A stretch of DNA of 64,000 nt, taken from NCBI GenBank assembly GCA_902485095.1, contig CABTJC010000011.1, forward strand, positions 197,564-261,563. Direction: 5' to 3'. Below are positions 18,435 through 27,485 of the stretch, one piece after another (position 1 is the first letter of the stretch; every line of letters starts with the position of its first letter). The translations under genes were made by a program, and so were the position numbers. The notes beneath the pieces are model-generated. The model was given only the letters and a program-made list of their open reading frames with translations. It had not been told where the DNA came from and searched no databases. The stretch is from an uncultured Atopobium sp. (GTDB taxonomy: Bacteria; Actinomycetota; Coriobacteriia; Coriobacteriales; Atopobiaceae).

Positions 18435-20519
18435 CTAGAAGGGCGTCCTCAGTGAACTCTCTACTTTGGCAGCTGCATCGTCAAAGGTAATTTCAAGGCA
18501 GTTCTTGAGCATGTTTTGGCCAACACAATAAATGCCATCGTTAACACATGCGCTGCCAATAGCAACTGCCTTGTTAAACACAGCTTTCTGGTCAAAGACA
18601 GGAACACCATTTTGCTTAAGGAACGAGAAGACTTCTTGAGGGGTATCCAGTTTCTTAACAGAAGCATCTGCCTTGAGAAGGTCTTCAAGCTCTTCTTTTG
18701 CAGGCTGGGCAACACTGCCGCCGATAATTATTGCCATTTGATAGCAAGCTGCACAAAGGTCAGAGCGTCCTAGCTTCCACTCCATATAGGCCAAGCGATA
18801 GTACACCAGAGCAACATCTGAGCTAGAGAAAATGTGTGCGATAAGGTCTTTGAGCAGCTTTGCAGCCTCAAAAACTTTTGACTGATCTTCTAATGTTCTT
18901 ACCAAAAGCAGCGTTGCATCAATTCCCAAAGGAGAAATTCTATGGGCTTCTTGTGCATAGCGTTCTGCTTTTTCTGGCTGCTCAAGCAGGTTGTAGGCAC
19001 GAGCCATTCTTGCTAAAGACATAAAATAGGTGTCTGGAATAAGCACCAGTTTTCTTGGTTCATTGGGGAATGCAAGGTTATAAGCTACGCGCTCTGAGAG
19101 GGAATCAAAATATCTGTAGATAGAATCAGAGTCATCCAGATACAGACCCATATCAAGGGTTGGTGAAACCTGAGACTCAAGCTCTGTAAGCACCTTTTCT
19201 AGAGCGTCTGCATCTGGCTCTCCGTCCATGATGTTATTTATGGATTGAAGCGTTTTTTGCAAAGGCGAACCAAAGAGGAATTTCTCGGCCATAGACCTTC
19301 TGTCCGAGAAATCAATAGTGCCTTCAACCAGGCCATGGATGACTCTATCAAAGCCTTCAATGGCGTAAATATCAGAAGTTGAAGCTTTTGCTTCCTCAAA
19401 TTTACCAACTGCATCTGCGGTAGAGGCATCTTTTGGGATGTTGTTGAGAGTGGTGTTCCAAAGCCTAATGCGATGAGATGCCTCAGAGTATCCAAGGTCA
19501 CTTACCTTTTGGGCTCCACAAACAGCAGTAACTGCTGACGAGCAGGGGCGATCAGAAAGGTCTGGCATTTCAAAGAAGCTACGAGGAGAAACCCACTCGT
19601 CTGTTGGCTTCATAAAAGGCTCAACTTCGCTAAACCAACCTTCAGAGTCAAAAGAAACTCTGAGCGCTGGATCTTGTGGGAAGCTGTTGCCGTCAATTTG
19701 AGTGTTTGCTGCAGTAGGCAGCAGGCGAGCAAGAGCAGCCTCGTTTAAGTCCATGGATAGGACAATGCGTTCTTCTCCGCGCAAGCTGCCGTTGATGCAG
19801 ACGCGAGAGATTTTGCAGCTTTGAAGTGCCATACGAGCCACGCAAAGAGAAGTACGCAGCGCGTAAGCGCGCGCCGCTGCAATTTGCTCTGCCTTTTCTG
19901 CGGATAAGAAACTAAAGCAGCGAGGACGAGCTACAAAGAACTCGAATACCAAAATATCAAGTTGTGGATTATAAGAGAAGTTGTATACCATCCTAAAAGG
20001 GAATGGCGTGTTCTCAACAAAGTTGGCAAACCAGAGACGCTTCATCCAGTCAGAGCTGCCATCAGCGTTACCACTAAAAGGAGCAACTTGCTCAGAAAGA
20101 GAAGCTGACTTGGGCATGAGACTTGCTACCTGCGAGAGGGTAGTACGAACAAGCTGAAGATCTGTCTCAGAAGCATGTGTATTCTTTAGGGCTTCAACAT
20201 CTTGTGAAATGTTGAGGATTGCTTCTGTTGCAATAAAAGCATCGTACTCTTCTGGAGCACACTCCATTGTGTTGGCGTTGAACCACCAGCGACCCGTTCT
20301 GTCTAGCTTATGAACATCGCCCTTGGGCAGATTGGTATTCTCGAGATTTTTAGAGCGCATCAGCATCTCTTGAAGACCAGCCTCTGCAATCTGATTGTTT
20401 GCAACAAGGTCTTTAAGAGCGGCAATGACATTATTTGAGCGCAGTAAAATCTTCTCTAGGGTAGAACCCTGAGGTTGCTTTGAAGCTTTATTTAGCGAGA
20501 AAAGATCTGAGACGCCCAA
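18435..20519 (-). CDS. Large cytoplasmic hypothetical protein (694 aa) with C-terminal TPR-like helical repeats
   Basis: Long ORF with neither signal peptide nor TM segment. Residues ~520-620 resemble TPR/helical repeats (AERYAQEAHRISPLG...VALVYYRLAYMEWKLGRSDLCAACYQMAII). I recognise no catalytic motif. Divergent from uvrB. Confidence 0.7.
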   Translation of the reverse strand: MGVSDLFSLNKASKQPQGSTLEKILLRSNNVIAALKDLVANNQIAEAGLQEMLMRSKNLENTNLPKGDVHKLDRTGRWWFNANTMECAPEEYDAFIATEAILNISQDVEALKNTHASETDLQLVRTTLSQVASLMPKSASLSEQVAPFSGNADGSSDWMKRLWFANFVENTPFPFRMVYNFSYNPQLDILVFEFFVARPRCFSFLSAEKAEQIAAARAYALRTSLCVARMALQSCKISRVCINGSLRGEERIVLSMDLNEAALARLLPTAANTQIDGNSFPQDPALRVSFDSEGWFSEVEPFMKPTDEWVSPRSFFEMPDLSDRPCSSAVTAVCGAQKVSDLGYSEASHRIRLWNTTLNNIPKDASTADAVGKFEEAKASTSDIYAIEGFDRVIHGLVEGTIDFSDRRSMAEKFLFGSPLQKTLQSINNIMDGEPDADALEKVLTELESQVSPTLDMGLYLDDSDSIYRYFDSLSERVAYNLAFPNEPRKLVLIPDTYFMSLARMARAYNLLEQPEKAERYAQEAHRISPLGIDATLLLVRTLEDQSKVFEAAKLLKDLIAHIFSSSDVALVYYRLAYMEWKLGRSDLCAACYQMAIIIGGSVAQPAKEELEDLLKADASVKKLDTPQEVFSFLKQNGVPVFDQKAVFNKAVAIGSACVNDGIYCVGQNMLKNCLEITFDDAAAKVESSLRTPF

Positions 20520-20632
20520 GGTATCTCCTTTATCTGATGTAACTTGTTTATTTAAATGCTAGTTTAACGCATATAGGTAATGTATTTATTACCCGTCACA
20601 CTTTGAAACTATACTGCAATTTATAAATAGTA

Positions 20633-20648
20633 TAGAACAAGTGTTTCA
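20633..20648 (+). promoter_or_regulatory. Candidate LexA (SOS) box upstream of uvrB
   Basis: TAGAACAAGTGTTTCA matches the actinobacterial TCGAAC-N4-GTTCGA / Cheo GAAC-N4-GTTC consensus except at 3 positions; it lies ~17 bp upstream of a GGGTATACT -10-like element (20662-20670). Confidence 0.3.
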
Positions 20649-20695
20649 GTTTTGAGAAGTGGGGTATACTACTTTCACAAGAAAAGGAGAATCTC

Positions 20696-22936
20696 ATGGA
20701 TGCATCTCATGCTGAAGATCAACATAAAGAATATATAGGTGCTGAACTGCGCCGATTTGGTCGTGAAGTAGGAGAAGAGAAGCTTCAGGTAGTATCTCCT
20801 TTTGAACCCGCAGGTGACCAGCCACAGGCAATAGAAAAGCTTGCTCAAGGAATTGAAGACGGGCTTAGGTACCAGACGCTCTTAGGTGTTACGGGTTCGG
20901 GTAAGACCTTCTCTATGGCTAAAACTATCGAGAAGCTCAACCGCCCCACGCTTATTATGGAACCCAATAAAACACTAGCTGCACAGGTTGCTTCAGAGAT
21001 GAAGGAGCTCTTTCCTAACAACGCTGTTGTGTACTTTGTCTCCTACTATGACTACTACCAGCCAGAGGCATATGTTCCGCAGTCTGATACGTACATAGAA
21101 AAAGATGCTTCCATCAACGAAGAGGTAGAGAAGCTCCGTCACCAGGCAACTTCATCGCTTCTATCTAGACGAGATGTCATTGTAGTTGCATCTGTATCGT
21201 GTATTTACGGTATTGGTAGCCCTCAAGATTATGCAGGTCTTGCACCTAATGTAGATAAATCCGTTCCTCTTGAGCGCGATGATTTTATTAAAGATCTTAT
21301 TGATGTCCAGTACGATAGAAATGATTACGATCTACAGCGCGGTATGTTTAGGGTTCGTGGAGACGTTGTTGATGTGTTCCCGCCGTATGCAGAAAATCCG
21401 CTGCGTATTGAGTTCTTTGGTGATGAAGTAGAAAGTATTTCAGAGGTTAGCAATGTAACGGGAGAAGTGCTTAGAGAGTTTGATGCTATTCCAATTTGGC
21501 CAGCATCTCACTACGTTACTGAGCGTCCAAAAATTACCCATGCTCTTACGACCATCTCGGAAGAGATGGAAGCTCGTGTTAAAGAGCTTAAAGAAAACGA
21601 TAAATTGCTAGAAGCTCAGCGTCTTGCTCAGAGGACAAACTATGATTTAGAGATGCTTGAGACTATGGGTTATTGCAATGGTATTGAGAACTACTCGCGC
21701 CATTTAGATGGGCGTGCTCCCGGTGAGCCTCCCTATACGCTTATTGATTATTTCCCTAAAGACATGATTTGCATCATTGATGAGTCACACGTTACTGTTC
21801 CTCAAATTAGAGGTATGTATGAGGGTGATAGGTCTCGTAAGGTTACGCTGGTAGATCACGGATTTAGACTTCCTTCTGCACTTGATAACAGGCCGCTCAG
21901 ATTTGACGAATTTGAGGGACGTATTCCACAGTTTATTTACGTCTCTGCAACTCCTGGAGACTACGAAGAGACGGTTGCCCAACAACAGGTTGAGCAGATT
22001 ATTCGTCCAACTGGCCTCCTAGATCCAAAGATTGATGTCAGACCAGTAAGAGGTCAGATTGATGATCTTATTTCAGAGGTCAAAGAGAGAGTGGCAAAAA
22101 AAGAGCGCGTTCTTGTTACCACGCTTACTAAAAGAATGGCAGAAGATCTTACAGATCACCTGCTAGATGAGGGCATTAAAGTCAACTATATGCACTCGGA
22201 TACCGCTACGCTTGACCGCGTAGAAATCATTAGAGATTTGCGCCAGGGAAAGATTGACGTACTGGTTGGCATTAACCTTTTGCGAGAAGGACTTGATATT
22301 CCAGAGGTTTCTCTCGTAGCAATTCTTGATGCAGATAAAGAGGGCTTCTTAAGAAACAGAAGGTCTCTTATTCAGACTATGGGTAGAGCGGCAAGAAACG
22401 CTTCAGGCCAGGTCATTATGTATGCCGATAAAATCACTGATTCTATGCGCATTGCTATAGATGAGACAAAAAGACGCCGAGAAATTCAGGAAGCGTTTAA
22501 CAAAGAGCACGGTATTGTACCTAAGACCGTTAAGAAATCCATTACGGATATTGCAGGCTTTATTGCTGAAGCTTCAGAAAACGTTGATAAGCGTAAGCGC
22601 AAAAACGGAGAGTTCTATACCGCCTCTGATGACGAAGATTCGCTTGAAGAACAGCAAGAATCAATTCTTGAGATGCCTGCAGAATTGCTTGCTGAAGAGC
22701 TTCAAAATCTTCCGCGCTCAGAGGTTGAGGCTATGCTTTCTGGTATGGAAGCAGAGATGGCAGAAGCTTCTGCGTCAATGGATTATGAACATGCAGCAGA
22801 GCTCAGAGATCAGATTGTAGCCATTAGAAGCCAGCTTGAAGGCACTACCTCAGATGATGTTATCAAGAGGCTTAAAACAGGAGCTAGGAAGGGTAGTGCT
22901 CACGCAACTCGCAGACGTTATAGAGGCAAGCACTAA
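20696..22936 (+). CDS. uvrB: Excinuclease ABC subunit B
   Basis: GVTGSGKT Walker A, helicase motifs, C-terminal UVR domain ([19 protein letters not shown]); a long acidic linker precedes the UVR domain. Confidence 0.95.
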   Translation: MDASHAEDQHKEYIGAELRRFGREVGEEKLQVVSPFEPAGDQPQAIEKLAQGIEDGLRYQTLLGVTGSGKTFSMAKTIEKLNRPTLIMEPNKTLAAQVASEMKELFPNNAVVYFVSYYDYYQPEAYVPQSDTYIEKDASINEEVEKLRHQATSSLLSRRDVIVVASVSCIYGIGSPQDYAGLAPNVDKSVPLERDDFIKDLIDVQYDRNDYDLQRGMFRVRGDVVDVFPPYAENPLRIEFFGDEVESISEVSNVTGEVLREFDAIPIWPASHYVTERPKITHALTTISEEMEARVKELKENDKLLEAQRLAQRTNYDLEMLETMGYCNGIENYSRHLDGRAPGEPPYTLIDYFPKDMICIIDESHVTVPQIRGMYEGDRSRKVTLVDHGFRLPSALDNRPLRFDEFEGRIPQFIYVSATPGDYEETVAQQQVEQIIRPTGLLDPKIDVRPVRGQIDDLISEVKERVAKKERVLVTTLTKRMAEDLTDHLLDEGIKVNYMHSDTATLDRVEIIRDLRQGKIDVLVGINLLREGLDIPEVSLVAILDADKEGFLRNRRSLIQTMGRAARNASGQVIMYADKITDSMRIAIDETKRRREIQEAFNKEHGIVPKTVKKSITDIAGFIAEASENVDKRKRKNGEFYTASDDEDSLEEQQESILEMPAELLAEELQNLPRSEVEAMLSGMEAEMAEASASMDYEHAAELRDQIVAIRSQLEGTTSDDVIKRLKTGARKGSAHATRRRYRGKH

Positions 22937-24603
22937 GCGTTGTTGTAGTGCTCTACTACAAGCTCAGCCATTCTAATACCATCTGCAGCAGCACTCATAA
23001 TGCCGCCCGCATAGCCAGCGCCTTCACCTACAGGCCATATTCCCGGTGTGTTAATGCTCTGTCCTGTTTCATCACGGGTAATTCTTACAGGAGAGCTTGA
23101 TCTTGTTTCAACTCCCGTAAGCACAGCATCGGGATGAGCAAAACCATGAAGCTTTTTGTCCATAACCGGAAGGGCTTCTCGTAAGGTTTGTAGGATGTAG
23201 GGAGGCAGACAGTCTTCAAGTGAGGTCCAGGTAACACCACGCGGATACGTTGGTTTTACCGAGCGGGGTCCAGTAGAAGCTTTCTTGTGTAGAAAGTCAC
23301 CAACCAGCTGAGCAGGAGCAACATAAGAGCCGCCGCCTGCTTTAAAAGCTGCTTGCTCACAAGAGCGTTGCAGCTCAATGCCAGCAAGTACGTCGTCTCC
23401 TGGTAGGTCTTCTGGATAGACGTTAGTTAACAGGCCGGAGTTGGCATTTTTGCCCGCACGGTCAGACAGGCTCATGCCGTTTGTGACTACGCCGTCCTTC
23501 TCGCTAGCTGCAGATACAACATAGCCGCCAGGGCACATGCAGAATGAGAAAGCACTTCTACCAGAGGGAAGATGAACAGAAAGCTTGTAGGGGGCCGCTC
23601 CAAGTACGGGATTGGTTGCTTCGGGACCGTACAGTGATTTGTTGATTTGAGACTGAAGGTGCTCAATTCGCACACCCATGGCAAAGGTTTTTCTCTCCAT
23701 AGAAATACCTTTGTCTTTGAGCATGACATACGTGTCTCTACTTGAGTGACCAGTCGCAAGAATCATTGTGCGAGTTTTTATGGTTTCAGTTTGAGTTGAG
23801 CCGTCTGGATTAGTCTTCTCGACCTGAATTGCAGAAAGAGAGCCATCTGAGGCTCGCTCTAGGGAGGTGAGCTTTGTCCTAAATGCAACGGCTCCGCCCG
23901 CCTCTTCAATCATTGTGACAATGTTGGTCACAACAGCGGGAAGAACATCACTTCCTACATGGGGTTTTGCATCCCATAAAATGTTTTTCTGTGCACCTGC
24001 TTTAACAAAAGTCTCAAGAATAAATCGGTGAGAAGCGCTTTTAGTGCCTGTGTTGAGCTTGCCGTCAGAAAATGTACCCGCACCACCAAGGCCAAACTGG
24101 ATGTTGCTTTCAAGATCTAGCTGGCCAGTTTGGTTGTGATGCTCTACCGCTGCAGTTCTTCGTGCTGCATCATCTCCGCGCTCAATAAGCAGGGGATTGA
24201 GACCAGCCTTGGCAAGTGTAAGTGCACAGAACAAGCCTGCACACCCCGCTCCTACAATAACGGGTCGATTCTCTGAGGGGGCAGGTTGTACTGCTTTGGG
24301 AAGCGTAAAAGTATTTGGCTCAGCAAGCTTGATATGCTTTGCTGCTGACTTGCCTTGGATTTTCTTGAGGAGTTTTTGTTCCGCAACAGGCCCACCTTTA
24401 AGGTTTACGTGATAGGTGAGAATGAGAACAATATCGTTTCTTTTACGGGCGTCAATTGAGCGTTTGTGCAGCTCATATGAGGTAACCTCATCCGCAGAGA
24501 CTCGGAGAGCGCGAAGCAGCGCGTCAAAGCCCACCTTTGATTCTTTAGCAGGATGCTTACGAAGAGGAGCAACATGAACTTTAATGTTTGATACTTCTAG
24601 CAT
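22933..24603 (-). CDS. FAD-dependent dehydrogenase (COG2509-like, uncharacterised)
   Basis: Rossmann dinucleotide motif [14 protein letters not shown] after a ~90-aa N-terminal domain; 556 aa. Confidence 0.75.
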   Translation of the reverse strand: MLEVSNIKVHVAPLRKHPAKESKVGFDALLRALRVSADEVTSYELHKRSIDARKRNDIVLILTYHVNLKGGPVAEQKLLKKIQGKSAAKHIKLAEPNTFTLPKAVQPAPSENRPVIVGAGCAGLFCALTLAKAGLNPLLIERGDDAARRTAAVEHHNQTGQLDLESNIQFGLGGAGTFSDGKLNTGTKSASHRFILETFVKAGAQKNILWDAKPHVGSDVLPAVVTNIVTMIEEAGGAVAFRTKLTSLERASDGSLSAIQVEKTNPDGSTQTETIKTRTMILATGHSSRDTYVMLKDKGISMERKTFAMGVRIEHLQSQINKSLYGPEATNPVLGAAPYKLSVHLPSGRSAFSFCMCPGGYVVSAASEKDGVVTNGMSLSDRAGKNANSGLLTNVYPEDLPGDDVLAGIELQRSCEQAAFKAGGGSYVAPAQLVGDFLHKKASTGPRSVKPTYPRGVTWTSLEDCLPPYILQTLREALPVMDKKLHGFAHPDAVLTGVETRSSSPVRITRDETGQSINTPGIWPVGEGAGYAGGIMSAAADGIRMAELVVEHYNNA

Positions 24604-24604
24604 G

Positions 24605-25858
24605 TTAGTTGTCCTCTTTCAAAGGTGCATTTTTCTGACAAGTGCTTTTTGCGGCAGCCAGACCAGCAACCATGCCGCTTTTCCATGCCCACGAGAGGTT
24701 GAATCCTCCACATTGAGCATCAATGTCAAGGGCTTCTCCAGCGATAAACAGACCCGGAATGCTGCGCGCCTCAAGTGTGTCTGTACTCACTTGCTCAACG
24801 GGAATACCACCAACACAGACCTGTGGTACAACTTTGGTGGATGTACCTGTTACGGTAAATGCTATTTTGTGAGCCTTGGCAATAGTACCCTCTACTGAGT
24901 CATGAGTACTCAGATAAGCAGCAATTTGTGGGTCGAGAAGACCGTCGGTGGTGTGAGCTTCTATAGCTGCCGCAACTTCTTCATCTGTAAGATGGGGGAG
25001 AAGATCAATCTCAAGAATATCTCCAGGTAAAGCAGTACGTGACAGGTTGAAAATCATGATTCCTGAGAGTCCAAACGGTCTAAAGAGTAGCTCACCCGAT
25101 TCCTGTTTAAGGATAGTGCCGTTCCTTAAAAGCGTTGCATGAGCACGAACGCGCTTTCCATCTAGACTTGCTGGAGGCTGGGGAGTGCAGGAAAGTGCAC
25201 AGAGTCCAGGTCGCAGTGAAGTGGTCTGCAAGTCAAGGCTCTCTGCAAGATTTGTGGTTGCGAGTCCGCCAGTAGCTAGAACTACTGATGACGCTTGGAC
25301 TTTGTGTGTTTTCTCGTCACCAAAACATTCTTGGAAGCCAATGGTGAAGTCGTTGTGTTGGGATTTGACTGACGTTACTTCTCGTCCCAGGGCAAATTGG
25401 ACACCTGCTTTTTGCGCTCGCTTGAGCAGCAATGATTGGATGGAGCTTGCCTGCCTGGTAAGAGGGTACATTCTGCCTTCGTCTTCTGTTGCCCAAGCAA
25501 GACCGCTAGACCTAAAAAAAGCCAGGATGTCCGCAAGAAACGTGTCCTTGTCCTTACAGACAGCTTGGACAAACTCTGGATGAGAGAAATTCTCAAAGCT
25601 CAAATCAGCATTGGTAAAGTTACAACGACCGCCGCCTGTTGCCAGGATTGTTCTGCCACTCTCTAGTGCTTTTTCAAAGACAACAACGCGCTTATTGGTA
25701 CCAAGAACCTCAGCAGCAGTGATGGCAGCGCAGAGTCCTGCCGCGCCGCCACCAAGAATTGCTACATCAATGTTGTCTGGCACCATGAACGCCTGAGCTT
25801 GCTTAATACGCTGAGCCTGTGCTGCTTGTCGTTCTTTAATGCGCGTTGTTTGAGCCAT
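24605..25858 (-). CDS. HI0933/BaiN-like flavoprotein (aminoacetone oxidase family, FAD-binding)
   Basis: VAILGGGAAGLCAAITAA FAD motif and GGGRCNFTN motif characteristic of the HI0933 family. Confidence 0.78.
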   Translation of the reverse strand: MAQTTRIKERQAAQAQRIKQAQAFMVPDNIDVAILGGGAAGLCAAITAAEVLGTNKRVVVFEKALESGRTILATGGGRCNFTNADLSFENFSHPEFVQAVCKDKDTFLADILAFFRSSGLAWATEDEGRMYPLTRQASSIQSLLLKRAQKAGVQFALGREVTSVKSQHNDFTIGFQECFGDEKTHKVQASSVVLATGGLATTNLAESLDLQTTSLRPGLCALSCTPQPPASLDGKRVRAHATLLRNGTILKQESGELLFRPFGLSGIMIFNLSRTALPGDILEIDLLPHLTDEEVAAAIEAHTTDGLLDPQIAAYLSTHDSVEGTIAKAHKIAFTVTGTSTKVVPQVCVGGIPVEQVSTDTLEARSIPGLFIAGEALDIDAQCGGFNLSWAWKSGMVAGLAAAKSTCQKNAPLKEDN

Positions 25859-25903
25859 AGTAAGAATTACCTTTTGTGTTGTGTAAGCACCAGCTTCTAG
25901 GGC

Positions 25904-26752
25904 TTACAGGTCAAGAACGCTCTGTGTTGCGTCAGGGACAAGACCTTGAGGAAGCTCGGTGCTAAAGGTTCCTTTATCGGCGATCTGCGCAAAGGTTGCA
26001 TCCATAGGAAGCTGTCCCAAAGGCTTGAGGTTAAATGCCGCTGCGGTCTCGGCAAGCTTTGATGGACCGTAAGGCTCAATGCGCTCATCACAGTGAGGAC
26101 AGGTGATGTATGCCATGTTCTCAATCAAACCAAGTACAGGTACATGCATCATTTCTGCCATGCGCACTGCCTTGCCCACAACCATCTGAACAAGATCTTG
26201 TGGAGAAGAAACAATTACAACACCCTCAACAGGAAGGGACTGAAATACGGTCAGTGCAACATCGCCTGTTCCTGGAGGCATGTCGATGAGCAGGTAATCA
26301 AGGTCACCCCAGTTGCACTGGCTGTAGAACTGTTGGATAGCACCAGCAACAACAGGACCTCTCCAGAGAACAGGATCGGTCTCGTTTTGAAGCACCAGGT
26401 TAGCGCTCATAATCTTGATACCGTTTGCGTCCTCGATAGGAATAAGCTGCTCTTCAACGCCGTAAGAGCGCTCATCAGAGATGCCAAACATACGAGGAAT
26501 TGAAGGTCCGGTAATATCGCCGTCAAGAATACCAACGCGCTTACCTGCGCGAGCAAGGTTAGTAGCAAGAATGCCGGTGACAAAAGACTTACCAACACCG
26601 CCTTTGCCAGAAACAACGCCAATAACGTGCTTAACGCTTGAGTGTTGATTGAGTTCAAAGCCGGCAGGTGGCTGTGGCTCTTTCTTTTTGCCATGCAGCG
26701 CAGCGTCAATCTCTTTACGAAGCGCTTCTTTATCAATATCTACGTCTGCCAT
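25904..26752 (-). CDS. Mrp/NBP35-family Fe-S cluster carrier ATPase (ApbC-like)
   Basis: Deviant Walker A VVSGKGGVGKSFV, CxxC (ITCPHCDERIEP). Confidence 0.85.
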   Translation of the reverse strand: MADVDIDKEALRKEIDAALHGKKKEPQPPAGFELNQHSSVKHVIGVVSGKGGVGKSFVTGILATNLARAGKRVGILDGDITGPSIPRMFGISDERSYGVEEQLIPIEDANGIKIMSANLVLQNETDPVLWRGPVVAGAIQQFYSQCNWGDLDYLLIDMPPGTGDVALTVFQSLPVEGVVIVSSPQDLVQMVVGKAVRMAEMMHVPVLGLIENMAYITCPHCDERIEPYGPSKLAETAAAFNLKPLGQLPMDATFAQIADKGTFSTELPQGLVPDATQSVLDL

Positions 26753-26870
26753 GTCTCTCCTTATGTAGCAGTTGTATGCAGTAACTACTTAATTCTACCC
26801 ATAGAACTTTATGGCAAACGAGATAGCTATAATCTTTTCGGCGCACTTTAGCTGAACGTAGGAGGTTCAC

Positions 26871-27332
26871 ATGATTTTCTCGTCAATTAAAAATTTATCT
26901 GAGAATGACTTTGGTCAGAAATATATGGCCTGTGCTGCGGAGTTTCTAGCAACCCACAATCTGGATGAGCTGCCTTTGGGCAAAACAGAAATTGATGGAG
27001 ATAACGTTTTTGTGAACGTCATGGAGTTTGAGCCAGCTCTTCCTGGCGAGAAGGACTATGAGGCTCATAAGATTTACGCTGATATTCATGTGGTTATTTC
27101 TGGCTCCGAAAGCATCGCTGTTGCCCCTCTTGAGCAGTGTGTTCTTAAGGGTGAATTTAATTTTGATGCTGATTTTGGTGCTTACACCAATCCTGGAGAA
27201 GAGACATGGGTTACCTTGCACGCTGGTGATTTTCTAGTGACACCTCCATCTGATGCTCACAAACCAGGCTGTACGCTGGAGAAATCTGGCTCAAAGCTCA
27301 AAAAGGCCGTGATGAAGGTTCGCATTAAATAG
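26871..27332 (+). CDS. YhcH/YjgK/YiaL (DUF386) family protein
   Basis: 153 aa matching the small beta-sandwich family whose E. coli member yhcH is the last gene of nanATEK-yhcH. Confidence 0.7.
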   Translation: MIFSSIKNLSENDFGQKYMACAAEFLATHNLDELPLGKTEIDGDNVFVNVMEFEPALPGEKDYEAHKIYADIHVVISGSESIAVAPLEQCVLKGEFNFDADFGAYTNPGEETWVTLHAGDFLVTPPSDAHKPGCTLEKSGSKLKKAVMKVRIK

Positions 27333-27361
27333 GGAAGCGCGCTTGCCGTGTTTTGGCGGCA

Positions 27362-27406
27362 TTATCTTGGGTATACTAGAACATCAGTACGCACAAATCG
27401 CATCGG
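27362..27406 (+). promoter_or_regulatory. uvrA upstream region: -10-like GGGTATACT, a Cheo-like GAAC-N4-GTAC box and a 9-bp inverted repeat
   Basis: TATACT (27362-27367) is immediately followed by TAGAACATCAGTAC. CATCAGTAC (27372-27380) and GTACTGATG (27398-27406) form a perfect inverted repeat with a 17-nt spacer. Confidence 0.3.
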
Positions 27407-27485
27407 TGTACTGATGTTGTTTTCTATTGTTTGGCAGTTGGCGCGTAAAAGAAATGCGCATGTCAAACTGGTTATGTGAGGAACT

